The notes: generated by a model from the sequence alone, not told the origin. DNA of 64,000 bases from an uncultured beta proteobacterium (GCA_963716855.1 CAVQUV010000010.1:13449-77448), one strand, 5' to 3'. Positions 34,248 to 45,953 are shown, numbered from the stretch's first letter. Numbers and translations: made by a program.

Positions 34248-34283
34248 GGGTCCGCTTAGGGGTCCGCTTAGGGGTCCGCTTAG
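34248..34283. repeat. 12-bp tandem repeat x3 (GGGTCCGCTTAG)
   Basis: Three exact copies; the last overlaps the stop codon of the adjacent gene. Confidence 0.9.
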
Positions 34284-34564
34284 TGGTCCTCGAGTCGCGG
34301 CGTCCAGCTCTCGCCCAGATCGCCGGTGTCCGGATCCACCCAGCCGGACACGCCGATCTCGGCCTCCTGCTCCTCGAGCGTCTCGTCGGATTCCACGTCG
34401 TCCGACTCGGCGTCGAACAGCATGTCGGCGCGGGCTTCGGCGGCGCTGGCGAAGGGGCCGTACTCCGCGCCGCTCTCCTCCGACAGCCAGTAGAAGCCGT
34501 CCGCACGCTCGACGATTCGACTCTCCTCCGGAGGCGGTGGGGTCTGCGGGATCATTCGGGCCAT
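34280..34564 (-). CDS. Small acidic hypothetical protein
   Basis: AAGGAG SD; RIVERADGFYW..EYGPF; strongly Asp/Glu-rich. Confidence 0.75.
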   Translation of the reverse strand: MARMIPQTPPPPEESRIVERADGFYWLSEESGAEYGPFASAAEARADMLFDAESDDVESDETLEEQEAEIGVSGWVDPDTGDLGESWTPRLEDH

Positions 34565-34710
34565 GGCCTGACTCCTTGAAGCGGCGCTGCAGGCACCCAT
34601 CTAGAATGTCACGCGGCGTCGGGTTCGCGTGCCCATTCTGACCCTCGCCCGCGCCGGCCGCAACCGATACCTGCCCGCACCGCATCGCGGAATCGCCTTC
34701 GACCACGTGG

Positions 34711-34742
34711 AACTAACACCCAGCGCAACTAACACCAAGCGC
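34711..34742. repeat. 16-bp direct repeat x2 upstream of ftsH
   Basis: AACTAACACCCAGCGC / AACTAACACCAAGCGC. Confidence 0.85.
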
Positions 34743-34759
34743 AACCGCCGGAGCCCGCA

Positions 34760-36586
34760 ATGGAACGCCAAACCCAGATCAACGTCTGGTACCTCGTGAT
34801 CGCCGTGTTCGCGGTAATGTGGCTCAGCAGCCTCTGGAAAGAGGCGCGCACGGTCGAGCCGATCACCTACAGCGAGTTCGTCGGCTACCTCAAGGACGGG
34901 AAGATCGCCGAGGTCGTGATCCGCGAGAACTTCGTCGAAGGCACGTTCAAGGAGCCCCTGGGGGACAAGCGCACCCGCTTCGTCGCGGTGCGGGTGGACG
35001 AGAACCTCGCGAAGGACCTCCAGCAGTACAACGTCAAGTACACCGGCGTCATCGAAAATACCTTCCTGCGCGACATGCTCGGCTGGGTGATCCCCGCCCT
35101 GGTCTTCTTCGGCCTGTGGTGGTTCGTCATGCGCAAGTTCGCCGAGAAGCAGGGGCTCGGCGGCGGCTTCCTCTCGGTCGGCAAGAGCAAGGCGAAGCTG
35201 TACATGGAGAAGGACGTCAAGGTCACCTTCGATGACGTCGCCGGCGTCGACGAGGCGAAGGAGGAACTGCGGGAGGTGGTGCAGTTCCTCAAGAGCCCCA
35301 AGGACTACGGCCGGCTCGGCGGGCGGCTGCCGAAGGGCATCCTCCTGGTCGGCCCGCCCGGCACCGGCAAGACGCTGCTCGCGCGCGCGGTCGCCGGCGA
35401 GGCGGGCGTCGCGTTCCTGTCGATCAACGGCTCGGAGTTCGTCGAGATGTTCGTCGGCGTCGGCGCGGCGCGGGTGCGCGACCTCTTCGACCAGGCGCGC
35501 AAACTCGCGCCGGCCATCATCTTCATCGACGAGGTCGACGCGCTCGGCCGGGCGCGCGGCGCCTACGGCGTCGGCGGCCACGACGAGAAGGAGCAGACGC
35601 TCAACCAGCTGCTCGCCGAGCTCGACGGTTTCGATCCCTCGGCCGGGCTGGTGCTGCTCGCCGCGACCAACCGGCCGGAGGTCCTCGATCCGGCGCTGCT
35701 GCGTGCCGGCCGCTTCGACCGCCAGGTGCTCGTCGATCGCCCGGACAAGAAAGGGCGCATCGCGATCCTCGGCGTGCACGTCAAGAAGGTGAAGCTCGCA
35801 GCCGACGTCGACCCGGAGAAGGTCGCCGCGCTGACCCCCGGCTTCTCCGGCGCCGAGCTGGCGAACCTGGTGAACGAAGCCGCGCTGCTCGCCACCCGCC
35901 GCGGCGCCGACGCCGTCGCGCTCAAGGACTTCAACGACGGCGTCGAGCGCATCATCGCTGGCCTGGAGAAGAAGAACCGCGTCCTCAACGAGAAAGAGCG
36001 CCGCACCGTCGCCTACCACGAGATGGGCCACGCGCTCGTCGCGATGACGATCCCCGGCTCGGACCCGGTGCACAAGATCTCGATCATCCCGCGCGGGGTC
36101 GGCGCGCTCGGCTACACCATCCAACGGCCGACCGAGGACCGGTTCCTGATGACCACTGGCGAGCTGGACAACAAGATGGCCGTCCTGCTCGGCGGCCGGG
36201 CGGCCGAGCAGGTGGTGTTCGACGAGATCTCCACCGGCGCGGCCGACGACCTGATCAAGGTCACGAACATCGCGCGCAGCATGGTCACGCGCTTCGGCAT
36301 GACGAGCGCCCTCGGCCAGGTCGCCTACGAGGGCGAGCAGGCCCAGTTTCTGGCCACCCCGGGCGGCGGGCTGAAGAGCCGCGAGTTCAGCGAGGCCACG
36401 GCCCGCGAGATCGACACCGCGGTGAAGGACATCGTCGACCGTGCGTTCGGGCACGCGGTGAGGATCCTGACCGACCGCCGCGCGACCCTCGAGCGCGGCG
36501 CGCAGCTGCTGCTGCAGAAGGAGACGCTGACCGAGGACGACCTGCGCGAGTTGCAGGGACCTGCGGCGGCGGCGCGGGCGGCCTGA
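34760..36586 (+). CDS. ftsH: ATP-dependent zinc metalloprotease FtsH (possibly a paralog)
   Basis: Two TM helices, [26 protein letters not shown]. Confidence 0.95.
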   Translation: MERQTQINVWYLVIAVFAVMWLSSLWKEARTVEPITYSEFVGYLKDGKIAEVVIRENFVEGTFKEPLGDKRTRFVAVRVDENLAKDLQQYNVKYTGVIENTFLRDMLGWVIPALVFFGLWWFVMRKFAEKQGLGGGFLSVGKSKAKLYMEKDVKVTFDDVAGVDEAKEELREVVQFLKSPKDYGRLGGRLPKGILLVGPPGTGKTLLARAVAGEAGVAFLSINGSEFVEMFVGVGAARVRDLFDQARKLAPAIIFIDEVDALGRARGAYGVGGHDEKEQTLNQLLAELDGFDPSAGLVLLAATNRPEVLDPALLRAGRFDRQVLVDRPDKKGRIAILGVHVKKVKLAADVDPEKVAALTPGFSGAELANLVNEAALLATRRGADAVALKDFNDGVERIIAGLEKKNRVLNEKERRTVAYHEMGHALVAMTIPGSDPVHKISIIPRGVGALGYTIQRPTEDRFLMTTGELDNKMAVLLGGRAAEQVVFDEISTGAADDLIKVTNIARSMVTRFGMTSALGQVAYEGEQAQFLATPGGGLKSREFSEATAREIDTAVKDIVDRAFGHAVRILTDRRATLERGAQLLLQKETLTEDDLRELQGPAAAARAA

Positions 36587-36651
36587 CCGCGCTCGCGGCG
36601 TTCTCGCCGCCTGCTTTCTCCTGCGAAAACATCGCTCTTCGCGCTTGATCT

Positions 36652-38649
36652 TTGGGGTTCGCGCAGGCAACATTCGGGCCACTCGACGGACCCTTCGGTC
36701 CGCAGCACAGCGAGAGAGAACTGAAAGCACAACTGAAAGCCGCTGTCCAGCCGAGCTGGAGCGCCGCCGAATCGGCCGAGCTCTACGGCATCAAGAGCTG
36801 GGGCGCGGGCTACTTCGATCTATCCGACGACGGCACGGTGGCGGTGAGCGTTCCGTTCAACGGCACGCGGGCCCGCGTCAGCCTCCTCGACATCATCGCC
36901 GGCATGCAGCAGCGCGGCCTGCAGATGCCGGTCCTGCTGCGCATCGAGAACATCCTCGACGCCCAGGTCTCCCTCCTCAACGACAGCTTCGGGCGGGCGA
37001 TGGGCTCCCTCAGCTACGGCGGGAGCTACCGCGGCGTCTTTCCGATCAAGGTCAACCAGCAGTGCCAGGTGATCGAGGAGATCGCGCGGTTCGGGGCGCG
37101 CTACGGGCACGGCCTCGAGGCGGGCAGCAAGGCCGAGCTCCTCATCGCGCTCGCCAGCATGGAGCCCGACTCCGGCTACATCGTCTGCAACGGCTACAAG
37201 GACACCGAGTTCATCACGCTCGGCCTGCAGGCGCTCAAGCTCGGCTACCGCGTCTTCTTCGTGCTCGAGACGCCGACCGAGCTGCCGATCGTCCTGGAGA
37301 CGAGCCGCACGCTCGGGATCCGCCCGATGCTCGGCGTGCGGGTGAAGCTCGCCTCGCGCGTGAGCGGCGCGTGGAACGAGTCGAGCGGCGACCGCAGCAT
37401 CTTCGGCCTGACGACCTCGCAGATCGTCGAGCTGATCGACTCGCTCAAGCAGCATGAGATGCTCGACTGCCTGCAGCTCATGCACTACCACCTCGGTTCG
37501 CAGATCCCGAACATCCGCGACATCCGCAGCGGCGTGCTCGAGGCGGCGCGGTACTACGTCGACCTCAAGCAGGAGGGCGCGGCGCTCGGTTACCTCGACC
37601 TCGGCGGCGGCCTGGCGGTCGACTACGACGGCTCGCAGACGAGTTACGACTACAGCAAGAACTACTCGCTCGACGAGTACTGCCTCGACGTCGTCGAGGC
37701 GATCATGAGCGTGCTCGACCCGCAGGGCATCGAGCACCCGGTGATCATCACCGAGTCGGGCCGCGCGACCGTCGCCTACTCCTCGGTGCTGCTCTTCAAC
37801 ATCCTGGACGTCACGCGCTTCGAGCCGGGCCAGATCCCCGCGCCGAACCCGAAAGGCGAGCACGAGCTGATCGGCAACCTGCGCGATTCGCTCAAGAGCA
37901 TCAGTCCGCGCAATCTCCAGGAGTGCTACAACGACGCGGTCTACTATCGCGGGGAGATCCGCGATCTCTTCAAGCGCGGGCAGATTCGCCTCCGCGAGCT
38001 CTCGCTCGCGGAGAACATCTTCCTCGAGATCGTGAGCGCGATCGTCCGGCGGCTGCAGGACGTGAAGCGCAAGCCGCCCGGACTGGACGGCCTGGAGCAG
38101 TCGCTCTCGGACATCTACTACGGCAACTTCTCGGTGTTCCAGTCGCTGCCGGACGTGTGGGCGATCGATCAGATCTTCCCGATCATGCCGGTGCACCGCC
38201 ACACCGAGGCGCCGAGCCGCCAGGCGATCATCGCCGACATCACCTGCGACTCGGACGGCAAGATCGACCAGTTCATCGGCAACCGGGGCATCCGCAAGAC
38301 GCTGCCGGTCCACCCGCTGATCGACGGCGAGCCCTACTACCTGGGGGTGTTCCTGATCGGCGCCTACCAGGAGACGCTCGGCGACCTGCACAACCTGATG
38401 GGCGACACCAACGTCGTGAGCGTGCGGATCAACGAGGACAGCACGTTCGACTTCGTGCGCGAGATGAGCGGGGACAGCATCGCCGACGTGCTGAGCTACG
38501 TCGAGTACCAGCCGCAGCAGCTCCTCGAGCAGTTCCGCAAGACCGCCGAGCAGGCGGTGCGCGACGGCCGCGTCTCGGTCGCGGAACGGCAGGCGGTCCT
38601 GGAGGCGTTCGCGGCGAGCCTGCGCGGCTACACCTACTACGAAGACTGA
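36652..38649 (+). CDS. speA: Biosynthetic arginine decarboxylase
   Basis: FPIKVNQ, LEAGSKAEL, HYHLGSQI, DLGGGL, DITCDSDG, GAYQETLG; start codon uncertain. Confidence 0.95.
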   Translation: MGFAQATFGPLDGPFGPQHSERELKAQLKAAVQPSWSAAESAELYGIKSWGAGYFDLSDDGTVAVSVPFNGTRARVSLLDIIAGMQQRGLQMPVLLRIENILDAQVSLLNDSFGRAMGSLSYGGSYRGVFPIKVNQQCQVIEEIARFGARYGHGLEAGSKAELLIALASMEPDSGYIVCNGYKDTEFITLGLQALKLGYRVFFVLETPTELPIVLETSRTLGIRPMLGVRVKLASRVSGAWNESSGDRSIFGLTTSQIVELIDSLKQHEMLDCLQLMHYHLGSQIPNIRDIRSGVLEAARYYVDLKQEGAALGYLDLGGGLAVDYDGSQTSYDYSKNYSLDEYCLDVVEAIMSVLDPQGIEHPVIITESGRATVAYSSVLLFNILDVTRFEPGQIPAPNPKGEHELIGNLRDSLKSISPRNLQECYNDAVYYRGEIRDLFKRGQIRLRELSLAENIFLEIVSAIVRRLQDVKRKPPGLDGLEQSLSDIYYGNFSVFQSLPDVWAIDQIFPIMPVHRHTEAPSRQAIIADITCDSDGKIDQFIGNRGIRKTLPVHPLIDGEPYYLGVFLIGAYQETLGDLHNLMGDTNVVSVRINEDSTFDFVREMSGDSIADVLSYVEYQPQQLLEQFRKTAEQAVRDGRVSVAERQAVLEAFAASLRGYTYYED

Positions 38650-38665
38650 GCCGGGGACGCTAGCC

Positions 38666-39867
<1,202 letters not shown>

Positions 39868-39871
<4 letters not shown>

Positions 39872-41038
39872 ACGCACGCACCGAGCGATTCCGGCGCCTC
39901 GATCCGCGGCGGGTGCCTTCGCCGTGCTTCGTCGTCGACGAGGCGGCGATCGAGGCGAACCTGCGGGTGCTCGACGCGGTCCAGCGCGCGAGCGGCGCGA
40001 AGGTCCTCCTCGCGCTCAAGGCGTTCTCGATGTGGAGCCTGGCGCCGCTGATCGCGCGCTATCTCAAGGGCACCTGCGCGAGCGGCCTGCACGAGGCGCG
40101 CCTCGGCCGCGAGGAGTTCGGCGGCGAGGTGCATACCTTCTCGGCCGCGTACACCGAGGCCGACCTGGCCGGGATCCTGGAGATCTCAGACCACGTCGTC
40201 TTCAACTCCTTCGCGCAGTGGGAGCGGTTCCAGCCGCTCGTGCGCGGCGCGCGTACGCACCGCCCGGAATTGAGCTTCGGCTTGCGCGTGAACCCGGAAC
40301 ACTCGGAGGTCAAAGTCCCGCTCTACGATCCGAGCGCGCCCTTCTCCCGCCTGGGCATCCCGCGGTCCGAATTTCGCGGCGATCTCGCGGGCATCAGCGG
40401 GCTGCACTTCCACACGCTCTGCGAGGAGGACTTCCCGCCGCTCCAGCGCACCGTCGCGGCGTTCGAGGCGAAGTTCGGCGAGTTCCTCCCCGGCCTGGAG
40501 TGGATCAACTTCGGCGGCGGGCACCACATCACGCGGCCCGACTACCAGGTGGACGATCTCGTGCGGCTGCTCCGCGACTTCCACGACCGTCACGGCGTCC
40601 AGGTCTATCTGGAGCCGGGCGAGGCGATCGCGCTCGATGCGGGCGTGCTCGTGGCCGAGGTGCTCGACCTGCCCGTTCAACCAGATGCCGCTCGCGATCC
40701 TCGACACTTCGGCGACCTGCCACATGCCCGACGTCATCGAGATGCCCTACCGGCCGCGCATCATCGGCGCGGGCGCACCCGGCGAGCATCCGCAGACCTA
40801 TCGCCTCGGCGGGCAGACCTGCCTCGCCGGCGACGTCATCGGCGACTATTCGTTCCCCGAGCCGTTGCGCGTCGGCAGCCGCGTGCTGTTCGAGGACATG
40901 GCGATCTACACCATGGTCAAGACGACCACGTTCAACGGCATCCGCCTGCCGAGCATCGCGATCTGGAATTCGGACACCGACCGGCTCCGCGTCGTGCGCG
41001 AATTCGGGTACGACGAGTTCAAGCGCCGTCTGTCATGA
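39868..41038 (+). CDS. nspC: Carboxy(nor)spermidine decarboxylase, one +1 frameshift near 40672
   Basis: LALKAFS, GLHFHTLCE, NFGGGHHIT, then CHMPD..CLAGD..YTMVKTTTFNG in the next frame; span 1171 = 3n+1. Confidence 0.92.
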
Positions 41039-41916
41039 GGAAAGCACCCGCGCGCGCCCGGCTGCCGCGCTTCCTCGGCACGGAGCTCGACCGCATCGCG
41101 CCTGAGGCGGCGCGCTTCCACGTCGTGCCGGTGCCGTACGAGAAGACCGTCTCCTATGGCGGCGGAACGGCGCGGGGACCGGCAGCCATTCTCGCGGCCT
41201 CCGGCCAGCTCGAACGCTGGGACGGCGCGAGCGATCCGGGTGCCGAAGGCATCTACACCTGGCCCGCGATCGACTGCCGCGGCAGGCCGGAGAAGGTCAT
41301 CGCCTCGATCGCGGCGACGGTGACGAAGATCCTCCGCCTGGGGAAGCTGCCGGTCGTGCTCGGCGGCGAGCACACCGTCACCTGGGGCGTGATCCAGGGA
41401 TACCTCGATGCCGGGGTCCGCGACTTCGGCGTCGTGCAGATCGATGCCCATGCCGATCTGCGCGACCGCTACGAAGGCGATCCGCTCAGTCACGCCTCGG
41501 TGATGCGCCGGGTCGTCGAGGCCGGGGTGCCGCTCTTCCAGCTCGGCAACCGCGCCTACTGCGAGGAGGAGCGCGCCGCCCGCACGCGCTACAACGTGCG
41601 CTACATCGACGCCGACCGGCTCGTGCGCGAGCGCATCGACGCGATCGCGCTGCCGGAGGATTTTCCGCGGCAGGTGTTCTTCACGCTCGACGTGGACGGC
41701 ATCGATCCGTCGGTGCTGCCGGCGACCGGCACTCCGGTGCCCGGCGGGCTCGGGTGGTATCAGACGCTCGGGCTCTTCGAATCCGTGGCGCGGCAGCGCC
41801 GCATCATCGGCTTCGATCTCCTGGAATTCGCGCCGATCCGCGGCTTCCACGCCTTCGACTTCGCGGCAGCGATGCTCGTCTACAAGCTGATGGGGATCGT
41901 GCAACGCACGGCCTGA
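41035..41916 (+). CDS. speB: Agmatinase
   Basis: GGEHTV, DAHADLRD, DVDGIDP..TGTPVPGG. Confidence 0.92.
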   Translation: MRKAPARARLPRFLGTELDRIAPEAARFHVVPVPYEKTVSYGGGTARGPAAILAASGQLERWDGASDPGAEGIYTWPAIDCRGRPEKVIASIAATVTKILRLGKLPVVLGGEHTVTWGVIQGYLDAGVRDFGVVQIDAHADLRDRYEGDPLSHASVMRRVVEAGVPLFQLGNRAYCEEERAARTRYNVRYIDADRLVRERIDAIALPEDFPRQVFFTLDVDGIDPSVLPATGTPVPGGLGWYQTLGLFESVARQRRIIGFDLLEFAPIRGFHAFDFAAAMLVYKLMGIVQRTA

Positions 41917-41936
41917 GGCGGCCGCGCCCCGCCGGA

Positions 41937-42741
41937 TCAGATCTGGATCGCGCCGATGCGGTTGTGGATCGCGCGTAGCACCGACAGCGCCGCGAGCGTC
42001 GAAGTCTTGGGGTTCTCTTCGAGCGGCTTCCCCGTCACCTCGATGCGCAGCTGTCCGAAGCCGCCCTCGGCCTCGATGATATGCACGTTGCCCGGCGCCG
42101 CCGGGTCGGCGCTCAGCGAACACTCGGTCGCCTCGAACCCGATGCCCGCGAGCGCGATCGTCGCCGCGACGTTGGCGTTCTGCGGGAACAGCCGCGCCGC
42201 GTCGCCGGCGTTGCCCCGGTAGAACTCGACCGCCTGGTCGATCGCTTCGAGGTCGCAGAGCTTCTCCGCGTGCGTGCCGCGCCAGGCCTGCGGCGCCTTG
42301 CGCGAGGTGTAGCGGACGCGATCGAGCCCGCCGAGGCGCGCCGCCGCGAGCGCGTCTACGCCCGCGATCGCGCCGGCCGGAATCATCAGCTTGCCCATGT
42401 GCGTGCGACTCGCGCGCTCGAGCCGCTGAAGGAGCGCGGCATCGGTGAGCGAGCCGACCGAGGTCACCAGGAAGTCCATGCCGCTCGTCAGGCACGCCTC
42501 GCCGTACTCGGCGACCGCGGCATGGCCGGCGCACTCGATCGCCAGCTCGGGCACCTCGCGCAGCTTCGCCAGGCTGTCGACCACTTCCTCCGGCGCGACC
42601 CCGCTCGCCAGGGCGCGCTCGCTTCGCCGTAGATCCGGGCCGCACCAGCACCGAGAGGCGTACGCGCTTCGCTTCTTTGCGCAGGGCGCGCGCGACGGTG
42701 CTGCCGACTGCGCCGAGCCCGATGAGCAGGATGTGCCGCAT
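41937..42741 (-). CDS. nadX: L-aspartate dehydrogenase family (NadX-like), one +1 frameshift near 42623
   Basis: IGLGAVG, ECAGH, GAIAGVD, FPQNANVAAT, NPKTSTLAA. Confidence 0.88.
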
Positions 42742-42854
42742 GTTCCCTCCGTGAGGGCCGCAACTTTACGCGTGCGGCCGGGCGCCGAACAGGTCCACGG
42801 CGCCATGGACTCCGGGCCGGCACGCCCGCTGCCTACACCGAGCCAAGAAAGCGC

Positions 42855-42919
42855 TTGACACGCTATCTATAGTGAGGGCAATATGTTCCGTATTCAAAAC
42901 ATCGTTCCTTATTTGGAAC
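42855..42919 (+). promoter_or_regulatory. sigma70 promoter with two operator-like palindromes
   Basis: TTGACA-N18-CAATAT, then GTTCCGTATTCAAAAC and GTTCCTTATTTGGAAC in an AT-rich patch. Confidence 0.65.
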
Positions 42920-42964
42920 ATACACGTTTTGAACCTCCCTTGTTCGGAGCACAAGAGGAAGCCC

Positions 42965-43279
42965 ATGCCCGGTGAATGGCAGGACGTAGCGGCGGTCGAC
43001 GCGGTGACCGAGGACATGCCCCTGGCAGTGAAGGTCGGCGACCGCGAATTCGGGATCTACGCCGTCAACGGGACCCACTACGCCCTCGAAGACGTCTGCC
43101 CCCACGCCTATGCCCTGCTCTCGCAGGGCTTCGTGGACGGCGACGAGGTCGAGTGCCCGCTGCACGGTGCGAAGTTTCACATCCCCACCGGAAAGTGCAC
43201 GAAGGAACCGGGCGGACGTGACCTCGCATGCTTCGCGATCCGGAGCGAAGGCGGGCGGCTCTTCCTGAAGATCGCCTAG
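42965..43279 (+). CDS. Rieske [2Fe-2S] ferredoxin
   Basis: CPH..LSQG..ECPLHG. Confidence 0.93.
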   Translation: MPGEWQDVAAVDAVTEDMPLAVKVGDREFGIYAVNGTHYALEDVCPHAYALLSQGFVDGDEVECPLHGAKFHIPTGKCTKEPGGRDLACFAIRSEGGRLFLKIA

Positions 43280-43297
43280 CGAGCCTGGAGCAGCGCA

Positions 43298-44098
43298 ATG
43301 CGCGACATCCGCATCGACTTTCGCAACGTCAGCAAGCGGTTCCCCGCAAAACGCAAGGATGAGACGGACGTCGTCGCGGTGCAGGGCGTCAACCTCGCCA
43401 TCGCCGACGGCGAGGTGGTTTCGCTGATCGGCCCGAGCGGCTGCGGCAAGTCCACGCTCCTCAACATGGGCTCCGGCCTCTACCTGCCCACCGAGGGCGA
43501 GGTCACCGTGAACGGCAAGCGCGTGACCGGCCCGAGCAAGGACGTGGCCTTCATGCTGCAGAAGGATCTGCTCCTGCCCTGGCGGACGATCCTGCAGAAC
43601 GCCGAGCTCGGCCTCGAGATCCAGGGCGTCCCGGCCAAGGAGCGCCGCAGCCGCGCGCATGCGCTGCTCACGCGCTGCCATCTCGCCGGATTCGAACGCC
43701 ACTACCCGCACCAGCTCTCCGGCGGCATGCGCCAGCGCGCGGCCCTCGCGCGCACGCTCGCGGTCGACCCCCTCGTCTTGCTGATGGACGAGCCGTTCTC
43801 GGCGCTCGACGCGCAAACGAAGATGGTGCTGCAACAAGATCTCGCCCAGACCCTCGCGGCGGAAAAGAAAACCGCCCTGCTGATCACGCACGACCTCGTC
43901 GAATCGATCGCCCTTTCGGACCGCATCCTGGTGATGAGCGCCCGCCCCGGCACGATCATCGAGGAGATCCGCCTCGACGATCTACCCGACCGGGACAACC
44001 CGATGGTGCGGCGGCGCCGGCCGCGCGTGCAGGAATACGCCGCGCGCCTCATGGAGCTGCTCCATCTGCGCGACAAGATCGAGGCCGAGGAAATCTAG
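43298..44098 (+). CDS. SsuB/TauB-type ABC ATPase
   Basis: GPSGCGKST, LSGGMRQR, MDEPFSALD. Confidence 0.93.
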   Translation: MRDIRIDFRNVSKRFPAKRKDETDVVAVQGVNLAIADGEVVSLIGPSGCGKSTLLNMGSGLYLPTEGEVTVNGKRVTGPSKDVAFMLQKDLLLPWRTILQNAELGLEIQGVPAKERRSRAHALLTRCHLAGFERHYPHQLSGGMRQRAALARTLAVDPLVLLMDEPFSALDAQTKMVLQQDLAQTLAAEKKTALLITHDLVESIALSDRILVMSARPGTIIEEIRLDDLPDRDNPMVRRRRPRVQEYAARLMELLHLRDKIEAEEI

Positions 44099-44129
44099 GC
44101 CGACCACCGAATCCACCAGGAGAAGCCGC

Positions 44130-45113
44130 ATGACCCCCAAGAGAACCGTCCTCAAGTCCGCGCTCGCGATCGCGATGCTGTCGCTCGCGACGGCCGGCCC
44201 GGCGCGGGCCCAGACCGAGGAGATCACCTACCTGCTCCCGGCCGCCTCGTTCCTGCCGGCGTTCGGACCCTGGATGCTCGCGCAGGCGCGCGGCTACTAC
44301 GCCCAGGAAGGCCTGAAGGTGAACTTCGTGTCCGCGAAGGGCGGCGTCGACGTCGCCAAGCAGGTCGGTGCCGGCAATGCCCTGGTCGGCGGCGCGATCG
44401 GCGACACGCCGATCATCGCCCGCGCTCAGGGCGTGCCGGTGAAGGCGGTCGCCGTGCTCGGCGGCCGATCGCTCACGCAGCTGGTCGTGCACGAGGGCAA
44501 AGGCATCAACGGGCCGAAGGACCTCAAGGGCCGCACGATCACGACGATGGCCTATCAGGACACCACGTTCTACTCGCTGCTCGGGATGCTCGCGACGGCC
44601 GGCCTGACCAAGAACGACGTTGACGCGCAGGCCGCCGGACCCGCGGGCGTGTGGCAGCTCTTCGCGGCGGGCAAGGCCGACGCGATGGCGGCGGTGCCCG
44701 ATTGGATCGCCTCCGCGACCCAGGCCGGCGCGAAGGTGAAGATCTACTCGTCGGACGAGTACTTCAAGAGCATGGCCCAGGCGATCCTCGTCTCCGACGA
44801 GACGATCCAGAAGCGGCCGGAGCTCGTGCGCAAGCTCGTCCGCGCCACGCTCAAGGGCATGCAGGACATCATGAAGGATCCGGCCGGCGCCGCGCGCGAC
44901 TACGCGACCGTGGTCACCCAGCACAAGGGCAAGGAAGCCTACGTCGAAGAGGTGTTCAAGCTCTACAACACCTACGTGTATCCCGGTCAAAAGGTGCTCG
45001 GTGCGATCGACCCGGAACGGCTCGCGGCGGTGCAGAAGTTCTACGTGAAGGAAGGCATCGTTCCCAAGGAAGTGCCGGTCGCGGACCTCTATACCAACCG
45101 GTTCGTCCAGTAG
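44130..45113 (+). CDS. NMT1/SsuA-type ABC substrate-binding protein
   Basis: Signal peptide, GYYAQEGL, KDLKGRTI, DLYTNRFV. Confidence 0.9.
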   Translation: MTPKRTVLKSALAIAMLSLATAGPARAQTEEITYLLPAASFLPAFGPWMLAQARGYYAQEGLKVNFVSAKGGVDVAKQVGAGNALVGGAIGDTPIIARAQGVPVKAVAVLGGRSLTQLVVHEGKGINGPKDLKGRTITTMAYQDTTFYSLLGMLATAGLTKNDVDAQAAGPAGVWQLFAAGKADAMAAVPDWIASATQAGAKVKIYSSDEYFKSMAQAILVSDETIQKRPELVRKLVRATLKGMQDIMKDPAGAARDYATVVTQHKGKEAYVEEVFKLYNTYVYPGQKVLGAIDPERLAAVQKFYVKEGIVPKEVPVADLYTNRFVQ

Positions 45114-45135
45114 CGGACTGCGGAGACCCGCCCCG

Positions 45136-45930
45136 ATGGCCTCGGCCCACTTTTCAGTGCCCTTGCGCGGCCCCGCGGCCGCGAGCCTGGCGGTACTCGT
45201 CGCGTTCCTCGCGGGATGGGAATGGCTGCCCGGCCTCGCGAAGATCCCGGAGTTCATCCTGCCCCCGGCGTCCAAGGTCTGGTCGGAGTTCCTGCGCATG
45301 AGCGCGAACGAGCGCCTGTGGTACCACACGGGGATCACTTCGCTCGAGGTGGTCGTCGGCTTCGTGCTCGGGTCCCTGCTCGGGGTCGTGATCGGGTTCA
45401 TTCTCGGGATGGCGCCGCGCGCGGAGCTGGTGCTCTCGCCCTACATCCTCGCGCTGCAGATCGCCCCGAAGGTCGCGTTCGCCCCGCTCTTCGTGATGTG
45501 GCTCGGCTACACGGTCTACCCGAAGATCCTGGTGGCGATCCTGATCGTGTTCTTCCCGGTGATGGTGAACGTTCTCACCGCGGTGCGCACCGTCGATCCC
45601 GACATGGTGAACCTGGCGCGCGCGTTCTCCGCGACCCGCCTGCAGATCTTCCGCATGATCGAGTATCCGGCCTCGCTGCCGCCGCTCTTCTCGGGGCTGC
45701 GCATCGCGGCCACGCTCGCGGTCATCGGCGTCGTCGTCGGCGAGCTGGTCGGGGGCAACATCGGCCTCGGCTACCTGCTCACGTTCGGCGAGGGCCAGGG
45801 CAACACCGCGATGGTCTTCGTCACGATCATCGTGCTGACCGTCATCGGCATCGTCGCCTACGGGGTCGTCGTGCTCGCCGAGCGGCGCGTGCTCCACTAC
45901 CTGCCGCGGGCGCAGCACTCGGCGGTGTAG
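45136..45930 (+). CDS. SsuC/TauC-type ABC permease
   Basis: ILPPAS, PKVAFAPL, EAA-like loop, GLGY. Confidence 0.92.
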   Translation: MASAHFSVPLRGPAAASLAVLVAFLAGWEWLPGLAKIPEFILPPASKVWSEFLRMSANERLWYHTGITSLEVVVGFVLGSLLGVVIGFILGMAPRAELVLSPYILALQIAPKVAFAPLFVMWLGYTVYPKILVAILIVFFPVMVNVLTAVRTVDPDMVNLARAFSATRLQIFRMIEYPASLPPLFSGLRIAATLAVIGVVVGELVGGNIGLGYLLTFGEGQGNTAMVFVTIIVLTVIGIVAYGVVVLAERRVLHYLPRAQHSAV

Positions 45931-45953
45931 GCATCGGCAATCAAGGAGGCAGC

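Noticed and set aside
34232-34283. Repeats as a CRISPR array
   Set aside because: 12-bp units with no spacers and no cas genes
40660-40685. Programmed polyamine-responsive frameshift in nspC
   Set aside because: No slippery heptamer or stimulatory structure seen; the same +1 pattern occurs in unrelated genes
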